Sequence record: PP712906.1
Reading direction: 5' to 3' (one strand)
DNA: 64,000 nucleotides
Shown here: positions 9,929-18,834 of the stretch, piece after piece
How positions within the stretch are numbered: the first letter of the stretch is position 1
Layout: every line of letters starts with the position of its first letter
Notes under the pieces: model-generated
What the model saw: the letters and a program-made list of their open reading frames with translations, nothing else
The model's database searches: none
What the model was told of the DNA's origin: nothing
Position numbers and translations under genes: made by a program

Positions 9929-10174
9929 ATGACGCACGATTTGAATATGCTTCTTGAGCAGTACAACCTCGCGAATTACGATTGCGACGGTGATTTTGAA
10001 GACTATTACTGGTCGGTGGCAGAATGGATTGGTCAGACTGTCTTTAGTCACGGTACAATTCGTAAACACGATATTCTTGAACTGCTTTGCGATTTACTTG
10101 AAATATCTGAAGACCAAATCAACGTAGATGACGTTGACGATTTTCTAACCGAAGTTTATGAGGTGATTGAATAA
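9929..10174 (+). CDS. hypothetical acidic protein
   Basis: AAGG SD; acidic composition. Confidence 0.65.
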   Translation: MTHDLNMLLEQYNLANYDCDGDFEDYYWSVAEWIGQTVFSHGTIRKHDILELLCDLLEISEDQINVDDVDDFLTEVYEVIE

Positions 10175-10234
10175 TGAAGAAAATTCATCGTAAGGAGCTG
10201 TTTCACTGAGTAATTTAACTCGGAGAAACAGCAA

Positions 10235-10747
10235 ATGACTGAAGTCAAAAAATACAAAGGCGTAAAAGAAAACGAACTACCAATCTACAACTCTCGTGAA
10301 ATGCGCTACAGGTACATTTACAAGGTAGATGAAGGTTCATGGGTACCAGAGTGGGCTAGAACATATGTTCGTTACGAACGTTTCTGGACGATGCGTCTAG
10401 AAGTCGGGTTTTACATTGCCGACGAAGCAAGTCGCAAGCTAGATCTGATTCGCAAAGCCGAACGTCTGGCATCATACAAAGGTAACTACGTTTTCCGTTA
10501 CACGCCAGTGCCACATACAGGTGGCTACAAGAACTGGGTATCAACCATTCGAGGGAAGGGGTTGATGTCTGAGATCCATCACAATAAGATTTGCAAAGAC
10601 GAAATTGAGCCAGAATACGGTAATGTCGTACGCAAAAAGCGTGATAAACTAGTGCGCTGTCTTAGAGATTGGGATGGTCTAGAGTCGTATCATTCACAAC
10701 AACGCGGTTGGAAACGTTCTAAGAAGCGTAAGCAGTGGATGAAATAA
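10235..10747 (+). CDS. hypothetical basic protein
   Basis: GGAG SD lies in a hairpin; basic C-terminus RGWKRSKKRKQW. Confidence 0.75.
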   Translation: MTEVKKYKGVKENELPIYNSREMRYRYIYKVDEGSWVPEWARTYVRYERFWTMRLEVGFYIADEASRKLDLIRKAERLASYKGNYVFRYTPVPHTGGYKNWVSTIRGKGLMSEIHHNKICKDEIEPEYGNVVRKKRDKLVRCLRDWDGLESYHSQQRGWKRSKKRKQWMK

Positions 10748-10751
10748 TGAA

Positions 10752-10819
10752 GAAAAGGGTTGCAATTCGCAGCCCTTTTTAGTATCATACAGTAGATTCA
10801 CCTTGAGAGATATATTATG
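10752..10819 (+). promoter_or_regulatory. early promoter overlapping a terminator hairpin
   Basis: TTGCAA 10760-10765, 17 bp spacer, TATCAT 10783-10788. Confidence 0.7.
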
Positions 10820-11413
10820 ACTGATAAGAAACAAAAACCAACTCTAATTTTTGACGTAGATGGTGTTCTAATTGATTGGGCAAGCCAGCTACCGTTATTC
10901 TGCAAACGCTGCGGAATCGACCCTGTTCGTGCGCTGAAGCATTTCACAGCGAAAGAACACGTTGACGTACGCGACCTATTCGGCGTTGAACAACGCTCAA
11001 TTGCATTCGATTTGCTTGAGAAATACAATCTCGAACATGGCAAATACATGACTGCTTTCCCAGATGCTGTCGAGCACGTACACAAAATCGCCAAAGAGTA
11101 CAATCTAGTCGCATTGACTAAATTCGGTGACACTACAGATCACTGGCTAGTTCGCAAGTTCAATCTTGAGACGTTCTTCCCTGGGTGTTTCAGTGAGTTG
11201 ATCACAATTCGCGGTGATGAGAGCAAAGTCGGGTATGTTGCTGCATTACAAGCAGATCATAATGTAGTTGGTTTTATCGACGACCAGCTTGAGAATATTC
11301 AAGCAATCGGTCGAGCAACGAATCTGAAAACGATTCATCTAAACCGCTACGATGAACGCGCTGATGTTCATCACATGTCGAAGCTATTAGACTTTCTTCA
11401 CGAAAAAGTTTAA
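10817..11413 (+). CDS. 30.2: HAD-family phosphatase, T4 gp30.2-like
   Basis: IFDVDGVL motif I and FIDD motif IV; upstream of the ligase as in T4. Confidence 0.75.
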   Translation: MTDKKQKPTLIFDVDGVLIDWASQLPLFCKRCGIDPVRALKHFTAKEHVDVRDLFGVEQRSIAFDLLEKYNLEHGKYMTAFPDAVEHVHKIAKEYNLVALTKFGDTTDHWLVRKFNLETFFPGCFSELITIRGDESKVGYVAALQADHNVVGFIDDQLENIQAIGRATNLKTIHLNRYDERADVHHMSKLLDFLHEKV

Positions 11414-11470
11414 TACAGCAATAACTCATCGTATAATAAAGCTCCGTTTGGGGCTTTTTTGGATTCGAAG

Positions 11471-11770
11471 ATGATTAAACGAGCTTATATTATTCACGCA
11501 GATAGCGCACTTGCAAAACGCGCAGTCGCGCTTGACAAACGAGAAGCAAAAGGTAAACCGTTCTTCACTAGTAAAGAAGAGTGGGAAGCTGAACTGCAAA
11601 CGGATTGGCAAGAATGGAACAAGGAAGCATGTGATTACATCGTTCACATATACGGCGATCATATCGCTGGGAAAACATTCTTAGTTACAATTCAAGACGG
11701 CAACGTATATTTTGAGGAAAATGATGTTTGCTATACTAATGAAAAGCAACCAAGAAGTGGCGATTATTGA
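11471..11770 (+). CDS. hypothetical protein
   Basis: ATG after a GTTTAA-N18-TATAAT promoter. Confidence 0.6.
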   Translation: MIKRAYIIHADSALAKRAVALDKREAKGKPFFTSKEEWEAELQTDWQEWNKEACDYIVHIYGDHIAGKTFLVTIQDGNVYFEENDVCYTNEKQPRSGDY

Positions 11771-11901
11771 TCTCGGTGATGTTACAATGCCTGCATTGTA
11801 CATGAAAGAAGATGACGCGCTTCGAGTGTTGTACAAAAATGATTTACACGACCGTTGCTTTGTTGCACGTGTTCGTCCTGAAATTTATATAGAGGGTCCA
11901 G

Positions 11902-13245
11902 ATGATTCTACCGATTCTAAACAAACTAGCAGCAACGACTAAGCGTACTGAAAAAGAGAAGATCTTGAAGTCTGAAGCAAGCAACGAATTGCTGAAGCGA
12001 GTCTTCCAACTTGCGTACACGCCAACATATCAGTACAACATGAAAAAACTGCCTGAAGTTTGTCATGAAACTGCTGCTCTACACGTCGATTGCTATCTTC
12101 CGCTTGAAGAAGCACTTGAGCATGTGTTTGATGCGCTAGTGACTAAACAAACTCGCGGTCAAGCTGCTCAGACTGTTGTCTCTAACATCTTGAAGCAAGT
12201 AACTGCTGATGATGCTGAGGTGATTCGTCGTGTGATTCTACGAGATTTGCGCACTGGTTGTACTGGCAGCACTGCTAACAAAGTGTGGAAGAAACTGATT
12301 CCTGAGCAGCCACAAATGCTTGCAAGTGCGCATAACGAAAAGCTAATCGACGCGATTCTGACTAAAATCGCATATGCTGAACTAAAAGCAGACGGCGCAC
12401 GCTGTTTTGCTCACGTTGACCTTGACGGTAATATTACGCTGACATCGAGAAACGGCAAACCGTATCTTGGCTTACAGAAAGTAGAGAAAGCATTGACTGC
12501 AATGGGCGTGAATGGCTTTGTAATTGACGGTGAGCTTGTCTATGCACCGAATGGTCTGCACGCAGTTGAAGACCGTTCAACTGGTAACGGCATCGTTAAC
12601 AAAGCAAGCAAAGGCACGATTTCTCTAAAAGAGCAAGCTGACATCATCTTCCAAGTATGGGACATCATCCCAGAAGATGTGTACTTCGGCAAGTCAAACG
12701 AACTCAACATGGCGTACAGCAAGCGTAAGCGTGTTTTAGCAGATGTTGCGCTTAAAGCAAAGGGTGTCATTGAGCCGATTCCGTGGCAAACAGTTTCGAC
12801 TAAAGAACAAGCGTCTGAAATCTACAATCAGTACGTTGCTCAGGGTCTAGAAGGCATCATCTTGAAAGATCCAGATGCGCTTTGGGAAAACAAGCGAAGC
12901 AAATCACTTGTGAAGTACAAAGAAGTGCATGACGGTGATCTTGAGATCATTGAAGTCATCGAAGGCGACAAGAAGAACAAAGGCAAGATGGGTGCTCTTC
13001 TATTGCGTTCAGCTTGCGGTAAGTTGATTACTAAAGTTGGTAGCGGATTCACTGACAAAGATCGCGAAGAAATCTGGGAACGTCGTGATGAAGTTATCGG
13101 CATGATTGTCGAAATCAACTACAACGCGATTACTCGCGCACGAAACAAAGACACATGGTCGTGTTTCTTGCCAATTTTCGTGCAATTCCGCGACGACAAA
13201 GACGTTGCGAACATGCTTGAAGAAATGAGCGGGTTCAAGGGTTAA
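11902..13245 (+). CDS. 30: ATP-dependent DNA ligase
   Basis: ELKADGAR adenylation motif, DGEL, EGIILK, KVGSGF. Confidence 0.97.
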   Translation: MILPILNKLAATTKRTEKEKILKSEASNELLKRVFQLAYTPTYQYNMKKLPEVCHETAALHVDCYLPLEEALEHVFDALVTKQTRGQAAQTVVSNILKQVTADDAEVIRRVILRDLRTGCTGSTANKVWKKLIPEQPQMLASAHNEKLIDAILTKIAYAELKADGARCFAHVDLDGNITLTSRNGKPYLGLQKVEKALTAMGVNGFVIDGELVYAPNGLHAVEDRSTGNGIVNKASKGTISLKEQADIIFQVWDIIPEDVYFGKSNELNMAYSKRKRVLADVALKAKGVIEPIPWQTVSTKEQASEIYNQYVAQGLEGIILKDPDALWENKRSKSLVKYKEVHDGDLEIIEVIEGDKKNKGKMGALLLRSACGKLITKVGSGFTDKDREEIWERRDEVIGMIVEINYNAITRARNKDTWSCFLPIFVQFRDDKDVANMLEEMSGFKG

Positions 13246-13246
13246 T

Positions 13247-13269
13247 AAAAGGGGCTTTCGCCCCTTTTT
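13247..13269 (+). terminator. rho-independent terminator
   Basis: AAAAGGGGC-TTTC-GCCCCTTTTT. Confidence 0.8.
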
Positions 13270-13271
13270 CG

Positions 13272-13279
13272 TATAAATA
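13272..13279 (+). promoter_or_regulatory. T4-type late promoter
   Basis: Exact TATAAATA about 20 bp before the ATG at 13301. Confidence 0.85.
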
Positions 13280-13300
13280 CTTTCATTTAGAGAGAAAGCT

Positions 13301-14182
13301 ATGATTATATTCGAAGACATTAATCCGCTTTGTGAAGCATTTGACCGCCCAGCACCTTATAAATGGGATTCTATGTACAACGAAGCTCGATTTACGGTTG
13401 GGAACGTGCAGTATGTCGCGTTTATCAAAGATAATGACACAGCAAGAGGTTTAAGTCTGTATGTGGCATTTCAGCGTCGTGATAACGCAACTGGTCAATG
13501 GACTCACTCACTTGCTAAAGGCTCGCCGAAAGACGCAATGACGGTATTGAGCACAATACTGGCAGCAACATTTGACAAGGCATCAAAAGTTGAACCGAAT
13601 GAAATTACATTCAGTGCATTTCGTGACGCAGAGGACGAAGACGCAAATAAGCGTTTTAGACTGTACAAGCGTATGGCTGAGCGATACGCAAAGCAAATGA
13701 ATTACACAGTTCATATCACTGGTAATAGCTTCACACTAACAAACAACAATGCACCTAAGGTTAGACGACTTCACAATGACGGCATTCACAAAGATGATGA
13801 ACTTACATACGTAAATTTCCCTGCTTGTAATGCATTCACATGGGCGAAGCTTTTCTGGCTCGACAATGACGGCGATTACATCAAACTTACATTACCTCAC
13901 GGTCGTATTCACATTGTGAAAAAATCAAGTGACGTGATTGAAATCGAAGCAATCACACCGAAAGGTCGTTTTGACAATCTAGATTCAGATGAGATTTGGA
14001 TGTCGATGTTATCTGATATTAAAGTGAAAGCTAGAGGCGGAAGCACATTTACTATATCAGAGAAAGGCGCGATTTTAGATGCGGGTGATATGATTTTGTG
14101 TGAGCAAGGTACGTTTTATTACCTAAGTTCTGAAGATGATTTCAAAGAAATATGGGGATATGAAATCGTCTCGATTGAATAA
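13301..14182 (+). CDS. candidate internal head protein, paralog family member A
   Basis: Late promoter; LCE|AFDRP leader; core SLAKG..KDAMTV..ITFSAF..D..KRFRLYKRMAER shared with the ORF at 49762. Confidence 0.75.
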   Translation: MIIFEDINPLCEAFDRPAPYKWDSMYNEARFTVGNVQYVAFIKDNDTARGLSLYVAFQRRDNATGQWTHSLAKGSPKDAMTVLSTILAATFDKASKVEPNEITFSAFRDAEDEDANKRFRLYKRMAERYAKQMNYTVHITGNSFTLTNNNAPKVRRLHNDGIHKDDELTYVNFPACNAFTWAKLFWLDNDGDYIKLTLPHGRIHIVKKSSDVIEIEAITPKGRFDNLDSDEIWMSMLSDIKVKARGGSTFTISEKGAILDAGDMILCEQGTFYYLSSEDDFKEIWGYEIVSIE

Positions 14183-14212
14183 AAAAAAAGGGAGCAAATT
14201 GCTCCCTTTTTT
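14181..14212. terminator. bidirectional terminator
   Basis: A-tract GGGAGC-AAATT-GCTCCC T-tract between convergent genes. Confidence 0.85.
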
Positions 14213-14214
14213 GA

Positions 14215-15879
14215 TCATGGTGTTAGAGGACTACGCTCTTTAACCTTGCGTTCATCGTCGATGTCAATATCAACAACTCGCATGAAGTTAGCGACTTCGG
14301 TTAGCTCATGTAAACGGTCTTGCTTTTTGTAAGCAGACAGAACACCGATTTTCGCTGAATTGTCTTTGACTTTCAATCGAATCACCGCATCGAACTCAGA
14401 CAATTGAACCACGTCGGCTTCGAACATCGTATTACGGTTGATGATGAAATCACAATCGCCTTTCTTCCCGTATTTGCCTGGTGCTAGAACAGGTAACCCG
14501 TCAGACTCAATAACAAACACAACGTTCAGTTTTCTGTCAGATTCGAGCATATCACGCATAATTGATTTGCTATTCTTGCTCGTCGCGTTGACGATTGTTT
14601 TCGCGCTAGATTCAACAAAGTCACATGCAACAAATGGATCAGTTGATGATGTAATGAACGCAGTTGAAACGAACGCACCAGATTCAAGAATCGAGGCGAC
14701 ACGTTTGCTAGACATTTCACAACCACGATATAACGTAACGCCATTCGACACCTTACCAGCTTCATAGAAAGCTCGGTCTAAGCGAGAAATTGCATCCCTA
14801 ACCTTTTCATCACCAGTGCCGTGAACTAACTCTTCATTGACCTTCCACGAATAACGAGACGCAGAATAGCGAGAAATTGCAGCTTGGGTAAGAGAAGATA
14901 GACCAGCATATGAATCTTCTTGCATCATTTGCAACGATAATTGGTCATATTGCTTCTCAAACGCACGTGAGCGGGCTTTTAACAGTGCGGAGCATACTTC
15001 ACTAATCAAATTAGATTTAACGCCCTCTGAACGTGCTGAAGCGATATATGGGTTCATTCGTTCTGCTACATCAACAAGGTCGATGTTCATATCAACAATT
15101 GCTTGAGCAGCGTTAGCCAATTTCGTTAGACCGTCAGTTGCTGCCGCTTCGGTTAATTGCTGCTTGATAGATGCACTGACACGCGCTTCCATTTGTGGCA
15201 TTTGCAGAATTTGATTCGGGACGCGAACGGCAGGGTTTTCTTCTACCCATTGACCTAGAACATCATCTTCATAATCATCATAGCCAACATCGGCAGTCAC
15301 GATGATTGTTTTCTTGCTTGAAATGTCAGTCTCTTTCGCCATTTTAGCAGCAAGAATATTGATTGTTTCTTCGGTTGCTTCGACGAGTTTATCAGCGTCA
15401 TAGCCAGGTTTCGTGATCACGAAGAAGCTGAAATCTTCAGCCATTTCATTATCACCGACGTTCATGATTTTAGTCGTTTCGCAGCCGTATCGAAGTTTCT
15501 TGAACAGCGTTTTAACACGCATGTCGAACATTTTACCGCTACCGATCTTTTGAATACGCATAGACACAGCGTTGGCACGTGTTTTCAACATGAAACTTTG
15601 GATCAATTTAACCAATGTTTCTTGAAACTTTTCTTGGTCTCCCATGTCACGAATGGTTAATCCGCCTTTTTTGCCTCGCATTGCTGAGACAGTACAGAAC
15701 CACGAACGTTTTCCGCGATTTCCGATGTTTGATTTTGTTTTAGTTGTGAACGAAACTACAACGTCACGAGCTTCGCCTTTCATATCGATCACAAAGAATT
15801 TGTTTTCTTTGGTCGAGCGAGCCGGATAGTAGTCGTACGTTGCGCTCATGTTTTCAGTTAATTGTTGAAATCCAATCAT
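14215..15879 (-). CDS. alt: Alt-like ADP-ribosyltransferase
   Basis: C-terminal ART fold: TLYRG, TSST and a catalytic loop reading GDCDFII; MIGFQQLTE leader; late motif CATAAATA at 15912-15919 on the minus strand. Confidence 0.78.
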   Translation of the reverse strand: MIGFQQLTENMSATYDYYPARSTKENKFFVIDMKGEARDVVVSFTTKTKSNIGNRGKRSWFCTVSAMRGKKGGLTIRDMGDQEKFQETLVKLIQSFMLKTRANAVSMRIQKIGSGKMFDMRVKTLFKKLRYGCETTKIMNVGDNEMAEDFSFFVITKPGYDADKLVEATEETINILAAKMAKETDISSKKTIIVTADVGYDDYEDDVLGQWVEENPAVRVPNQILQMPQMEARVSASIKQQLTEAAATDGLTKLANAAQAIVDMNIDLVDVAERMNPYIASARSEGVKSNLISEVCSALLKARSRAFEKQYDQLSLQMMQEDSYAGLSSLTQAAISRYSASRYSWKVNEELVHGTGDEKVRDAISRLDRAFYEAGKVSNGVTLYRGCEMSSKRVASILESGAFVSTAFITSSTDPFVACDFVESSAKTIVNATSKNSKSIMRDMLESDRKLNVVFVIESDGLPVLAPGKYGKKGDCDFIINRNTMFEADVVQLSEFDAVIRLKVKDNSAKIGVLSAYKKQDRLHELTEVANFMRVVDIDIDDERKVKERSPLTP

Positions 15880-15960
15880 TTTATAGACTCACCCTTTAGA
15901 AAATATATGAGTATTTATGATGCACATAACACCCGTTGAAAATATTTTAAACTTTTTCGC

Positions 15961-16040
15961 AAAAAAGGTTGCACAACGATAATGTTATCTCCTATGATTA
16001 CTTCATCAAAACGAATTAACAAAAAGAGAGAACAATTATG
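15961..16040 (+). promoter_or_regulatory. early promoter cassette
   Basis: TTGCAC 15969-15974, TATGAT 15993-15998, CATCAAAACGA box, AAGAGAG SD. Confidence 0.75.
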
Positions 16041-16541
16041 AATGCACAATCAATGACTAACGCTCAAATCGCTGAACTATTCGACATGACAGTTGACGCA
16101 AACGGTTTTCAAGCAGTTGATGCGAAAGGTCGTCGTCATTACCTGACCGACTTACGTCAAAAAGCAATGAAAGCTGCTAAGACGAAGAAAGCACGTAAAG
16201 TACGCGCTGAAGCACAACCTAAAGCAACTGCCGAAGAACTACTTGCAGAACTACAAAGCGAGTCGTCAGATTTCTGGGAAATTCGCGAATCTCAGCCAGG
16301 GATGGACTCTGAAGAACACGGTCTGAACGTGTACGTGACTGCTGGTCTGCCTGATCGTCACCGCGTAATGATTCGCTCAAGTGTTTTGACAAACAAAGAG
16401 CTTGAACGCGAACTCGGCTACTTGAAGCCTACAAATCAGAAAGAAGAACAGCGTCGCAACAAATCGACAATTATCTTCTCTAATCGTTCAGCGAAAGAAA
16501 TCGTTGAAATCATTGAAAAAGTGAAGTCAATTAGTGAATAA
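16038..16541 (+). CDS. hypothetical early protein
   Basis: Behind the promoter cassette; codon usage looks like highly expressed genes. Confidence 0.8.
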   Translation: MNAQSMTNAQIAELFDMTVDANGFQAVDAKGRRHYLTDLRQKAMKAAKTKKARKVRAEAQPKATAEELLAELQSESSDFWEIRESQPGMDSEEHGLNVYVTAGLPDRHRVMIRSSVLTNKELERELGYLKPTNQKEEQRRNKSTIIFSNRSAKEIVEIIEKVKSISE

Positions 16542-16652
16542 TGTGAAATAAATCACGAAAAAGTAGTTTTCGGGTATTGACAATAACACATCAATACCCG
16601 ATAATAAACACATCAAGACGAGATACGAACTACTTAAAGAGAGAACATTATG
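16542..16652 (+). promoter_or_regulatory. early promoter with an upstream CRP-like site
   Basis: TGTGA-N6-TCACG 16542-16557; TTGACA 16577-16582; GATAAT 16600-16605; CATCAAGACGA 16611-16621. Confidence 0.7.
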
Positions 16653-17474
16653 ACAATCACTAAAGCAGAAATGAAAGCAATCGCACTTGATCTAATGAGC
16701 GGTAACAATCTAATGCAACGCGATTTGATTGCTGAAGGTTGGTCTTTCGAATTCTCAACTCGCAAAGCTGCACTTGGTGACTGTAACTACCGTACTAAAG
16801 TACTACGTCTTTCTGAAGTGTACTTGAATGCTCGTACTAAAGAAGAGCAAATCAACACAATCACTCACGAAATGGCTCACGCAATCGCGTACACTGATTT
16901 CAACGAACGTGGTCATGGTGCTATCTGGAAGCGTGTGCATCGTCAACTAGGCGGTACTGCTGAACGTTGTTCAACTGTTTCAAACCCTGAAGCCGTAGAC
17001 AGCAAGTACGTTGTTTTCTTCGAAAACGCTCAGGGTGAACTAGAAGTAGTTCAAAAAATGGATCGCATGACTAAGCGTTTTCAACCAGTACACATCAAGT
17101 CTCTATACTTGAAAGGTCGCAAAGCTGAAACTGAAGGTCAACTTCGTTGTGTTTCTTCAGCGACGTTCAAAGCTATCAAAGCTGATTTAGAAGCTAAAAA
17201 AGCTGATAACGCTGAAGCAGCAAAACCAGTTGAACCAGTTGCACCTAAAGCTAAGAAAACTGAAACACCTAAGCCTGCTAAGAAAGTTTCAGCACGCGGT
17301 CAAGCTGCTCGTGACGCAATCGCAGAAATCGTGATGACTACTACTCACAAAGGTTGCAAGTCAGTGTCTTTCGAACAGCGTGGTAAATACAAAGACTGGT
17401 ACATCATGATTGAACTAGAAGCTCACACAATCGAACAGCGTCTAGATACTTTCAAAAAGAAACACAGTTTGTAA
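16650..17474 (+). CDS. SprT-like zinc metalloprotease
   Basis: LGDCNY..LRLS..TITHEMAHA..GHGAIWK; Pro/Lys-rich linker and a small C-terminal domain. Confidence 0.88.
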   Translation: MTITKAEMKAIALDLMSGNNLMQRDLIAEGWSFEFSTRKAALGDCNYRTKVLRLSEVYLNARTKEEQINTITHEMAHAIAYTDFNERGHGAIWKRVHRQLGGTAERCSTVSNPEAVDSKYVVFFENAQGELEVVQKMDRMTKRFQPVHIKSLYLKGRKAETEGQLRCVSSATFKAIKADLEAKKADNAEAAKPVEPVAPKAKKTETPKPAKKVSARGQAARDAIAEIVMTTTHKGCKSVSFEQRGKYKDWYIMIELEAHTIEQRLDTFKKKHSL

Positions 17475-17484
17475 TCTCTCAATT

Positions 17485-17505
17485 AGCCCCGAAAGGGGCT
17501 TTTTT
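17485..17505 (+). terminator. rho-independent terminator
   Basis: AGCCCC-GAAA-GGGGCT TTTTT. Confidence 0.88.
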
Positions 17506-17510
17506 AGGTT

Positions 17511-17580
17511 TGAGGCGGAAAAATTCCGTCTCATCTTAGTAGAATTAGTGCTTTTAGTGATATTAGAAGTATTAGTAAGA
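17511..17580. repeat. hairpin plus 9-bp-period TTAG array (copy 1)
   Basis: TTAG at 17536, 17545, 17554, 17563, 17572 after TGAGGCGGAAAAATTCCGTCTCA. Confidence 0.85.
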
Positions 17581-17631
17581 TTTGTTTAACAAACACCTTG
17601 ACAGCCGTATAATACACGTCGAGGTGATGAA

Positions 17632-17871
17632 ATGATAACGATATACACAATTCCTAACTGTGACGGTTGTCGTCACGCTATCGCCCTCTGTAAGTTCAAA
17701 CACGTTCCGTATACTGTAATCGAGTTACAGTCGCAGACTGACATCGACCAATTACATCAAAAGCTTGGTGATAATCGCAACATTCGCGTTCCTCTTGCTA
17801 TGCATGGTGACACATACATCGGTCACCTGCCTGAATTGAAGAAATGGGTTGATGAACAGACGTATAAATAA
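17632..17871 (+). CDS. glutaredoxin-like protein
   Basis: ITIYTIPNCDGC CxxC motif, VP motif, YIG. Confidence 0.9.
   Translation: MITIYTIPNCDGCRHAIALCKFKHVPYTVIELQSQTDIDQLHQKLGDNRNIRVPLAMHGDTYIGHLPELKKWVDEQTYK
17863..17870 (+). promoter_or_regulatory. T4-type late promoter
   Basis: Exact TATAAATA upstream of the capsid-like gene. Confidence 0.85.
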
Positions 17872-17929
17872 AAGAAATTACGTACATTCTCTCCGCTGAA
17901 ATGCGGCAATAAATTAAAGGAATCAAACA

Positions 17930-18826
17930 ATGACTGTATCTAATAGTAACGGTTTACCAGACATTGTTACTGTTCAAAAACGACTATATCCGCTGATCTT
18001 CACGGAAATCGTTTCTGAACAGCCAACAAAGCAACCCGTTGCAACTGCTTACGGATTTAAAGCTGTACCTGAAGCTGATGACGGCAGCGGCTGGACACAA
18101 TTTGGGTTTAGACTTGATCGTTGGTATGCTCAAGTTGAATCTTCAAAAATGAAGACTGAAATCTCTCTTGAAACGCTGCAAGATATGCAAGCACTTGGGG
18201 TTAGCAATTCAGTGATCGTAGACTCACTAGCTGACCAAATTGCTGATGAAATCAATACGTCGATTATCGGTGCGTTAAATAGCATTTCAACTGTTGGTAC
18301 TGCACTAACCCTGACGGGTAATAATGATTTTGAAAAAGGTCAAGATCTTTATACGAAAGTACACCTAGCAGCGGCTGAAATTGAAAAAACAACTGGTTGT
18401 AAAGGCACATATGTCGTTGCGGGCGGTAAATGTTTCGGTTATTTGACTGGTTGTGGTGTTGTACAGCGAGTTGGCGAATCGGACGTTTACAAAGCATGGT
18501 CTGGTTTATACATCGTACACGACAAATACGCAACAAGCGATTACGTGACTGTAGGTGTTAAGAAAGACATGGGTGATTATGAAATCTCAAGTCTAGTATT
18601 CAGCCCGTATCAATTCGACCAAGCGAATGACGGTGCGATTGCTTATCAATACAAGGGCACTGACCCGAAATCATTCCACCCTGTGTATGGTGTTATTGCT
18701 CGTTACGCACTAACTGTTCCGCCACTAGAAGACAATCAGACTGGTGCAGTTGAGATTGATTGGTCGAACTTAGGCGCGCTTGCTAATAGCTCAAAGCTTT
18801 CATACACATACGCAGTAACAGTATAA
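17930..18826 (+). CDS. 24: gp23/gp24-family capsid (vertex-like) protein, short form
   Basis: IVSEQPTKQPVATAYG, TEISLETLQDM, LADQIADEINTSII and VIARYAL motifs typical of gp23/24. Confidence 0.75.
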   Translation: MTVSNSNGLPDIVTVQKRLYPLIFTEIVSEQPTKQPVATAYGFKAVPEADDGSGWTQFGFRLDRWYAQVESSKMKTEISLETLQDMQALGVSNSVIVDSLADQIADEINTSIIGALNSISTVGTALTLTGNNDFEKGQDLYTKVHLAAAEIEKTTGCKGTYVVAGGKCFGYLTGCGVVQRVGESDVYKAWSGLYIVHDKYATSDYVTVGVKKDMGDYEISSLVFSPYQFDQANDGAIAYQYKGTDPKSFHPVYGVIARYALTVPPLEDNQTGAVEIDWSNLGALANSSKLSYTYAVTV

Positions 18827-18834
18827 GGTGTGAC

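Noticed and set aside
17511-17580. TTAG arrays as a mini-CRISPR or telomere-like repeat
   Set aside because: The 9-bp units are far too short for repeat-spacer structure, there are no cas genes, and the units are not TTAGGG; kept as an unexplained array instead.
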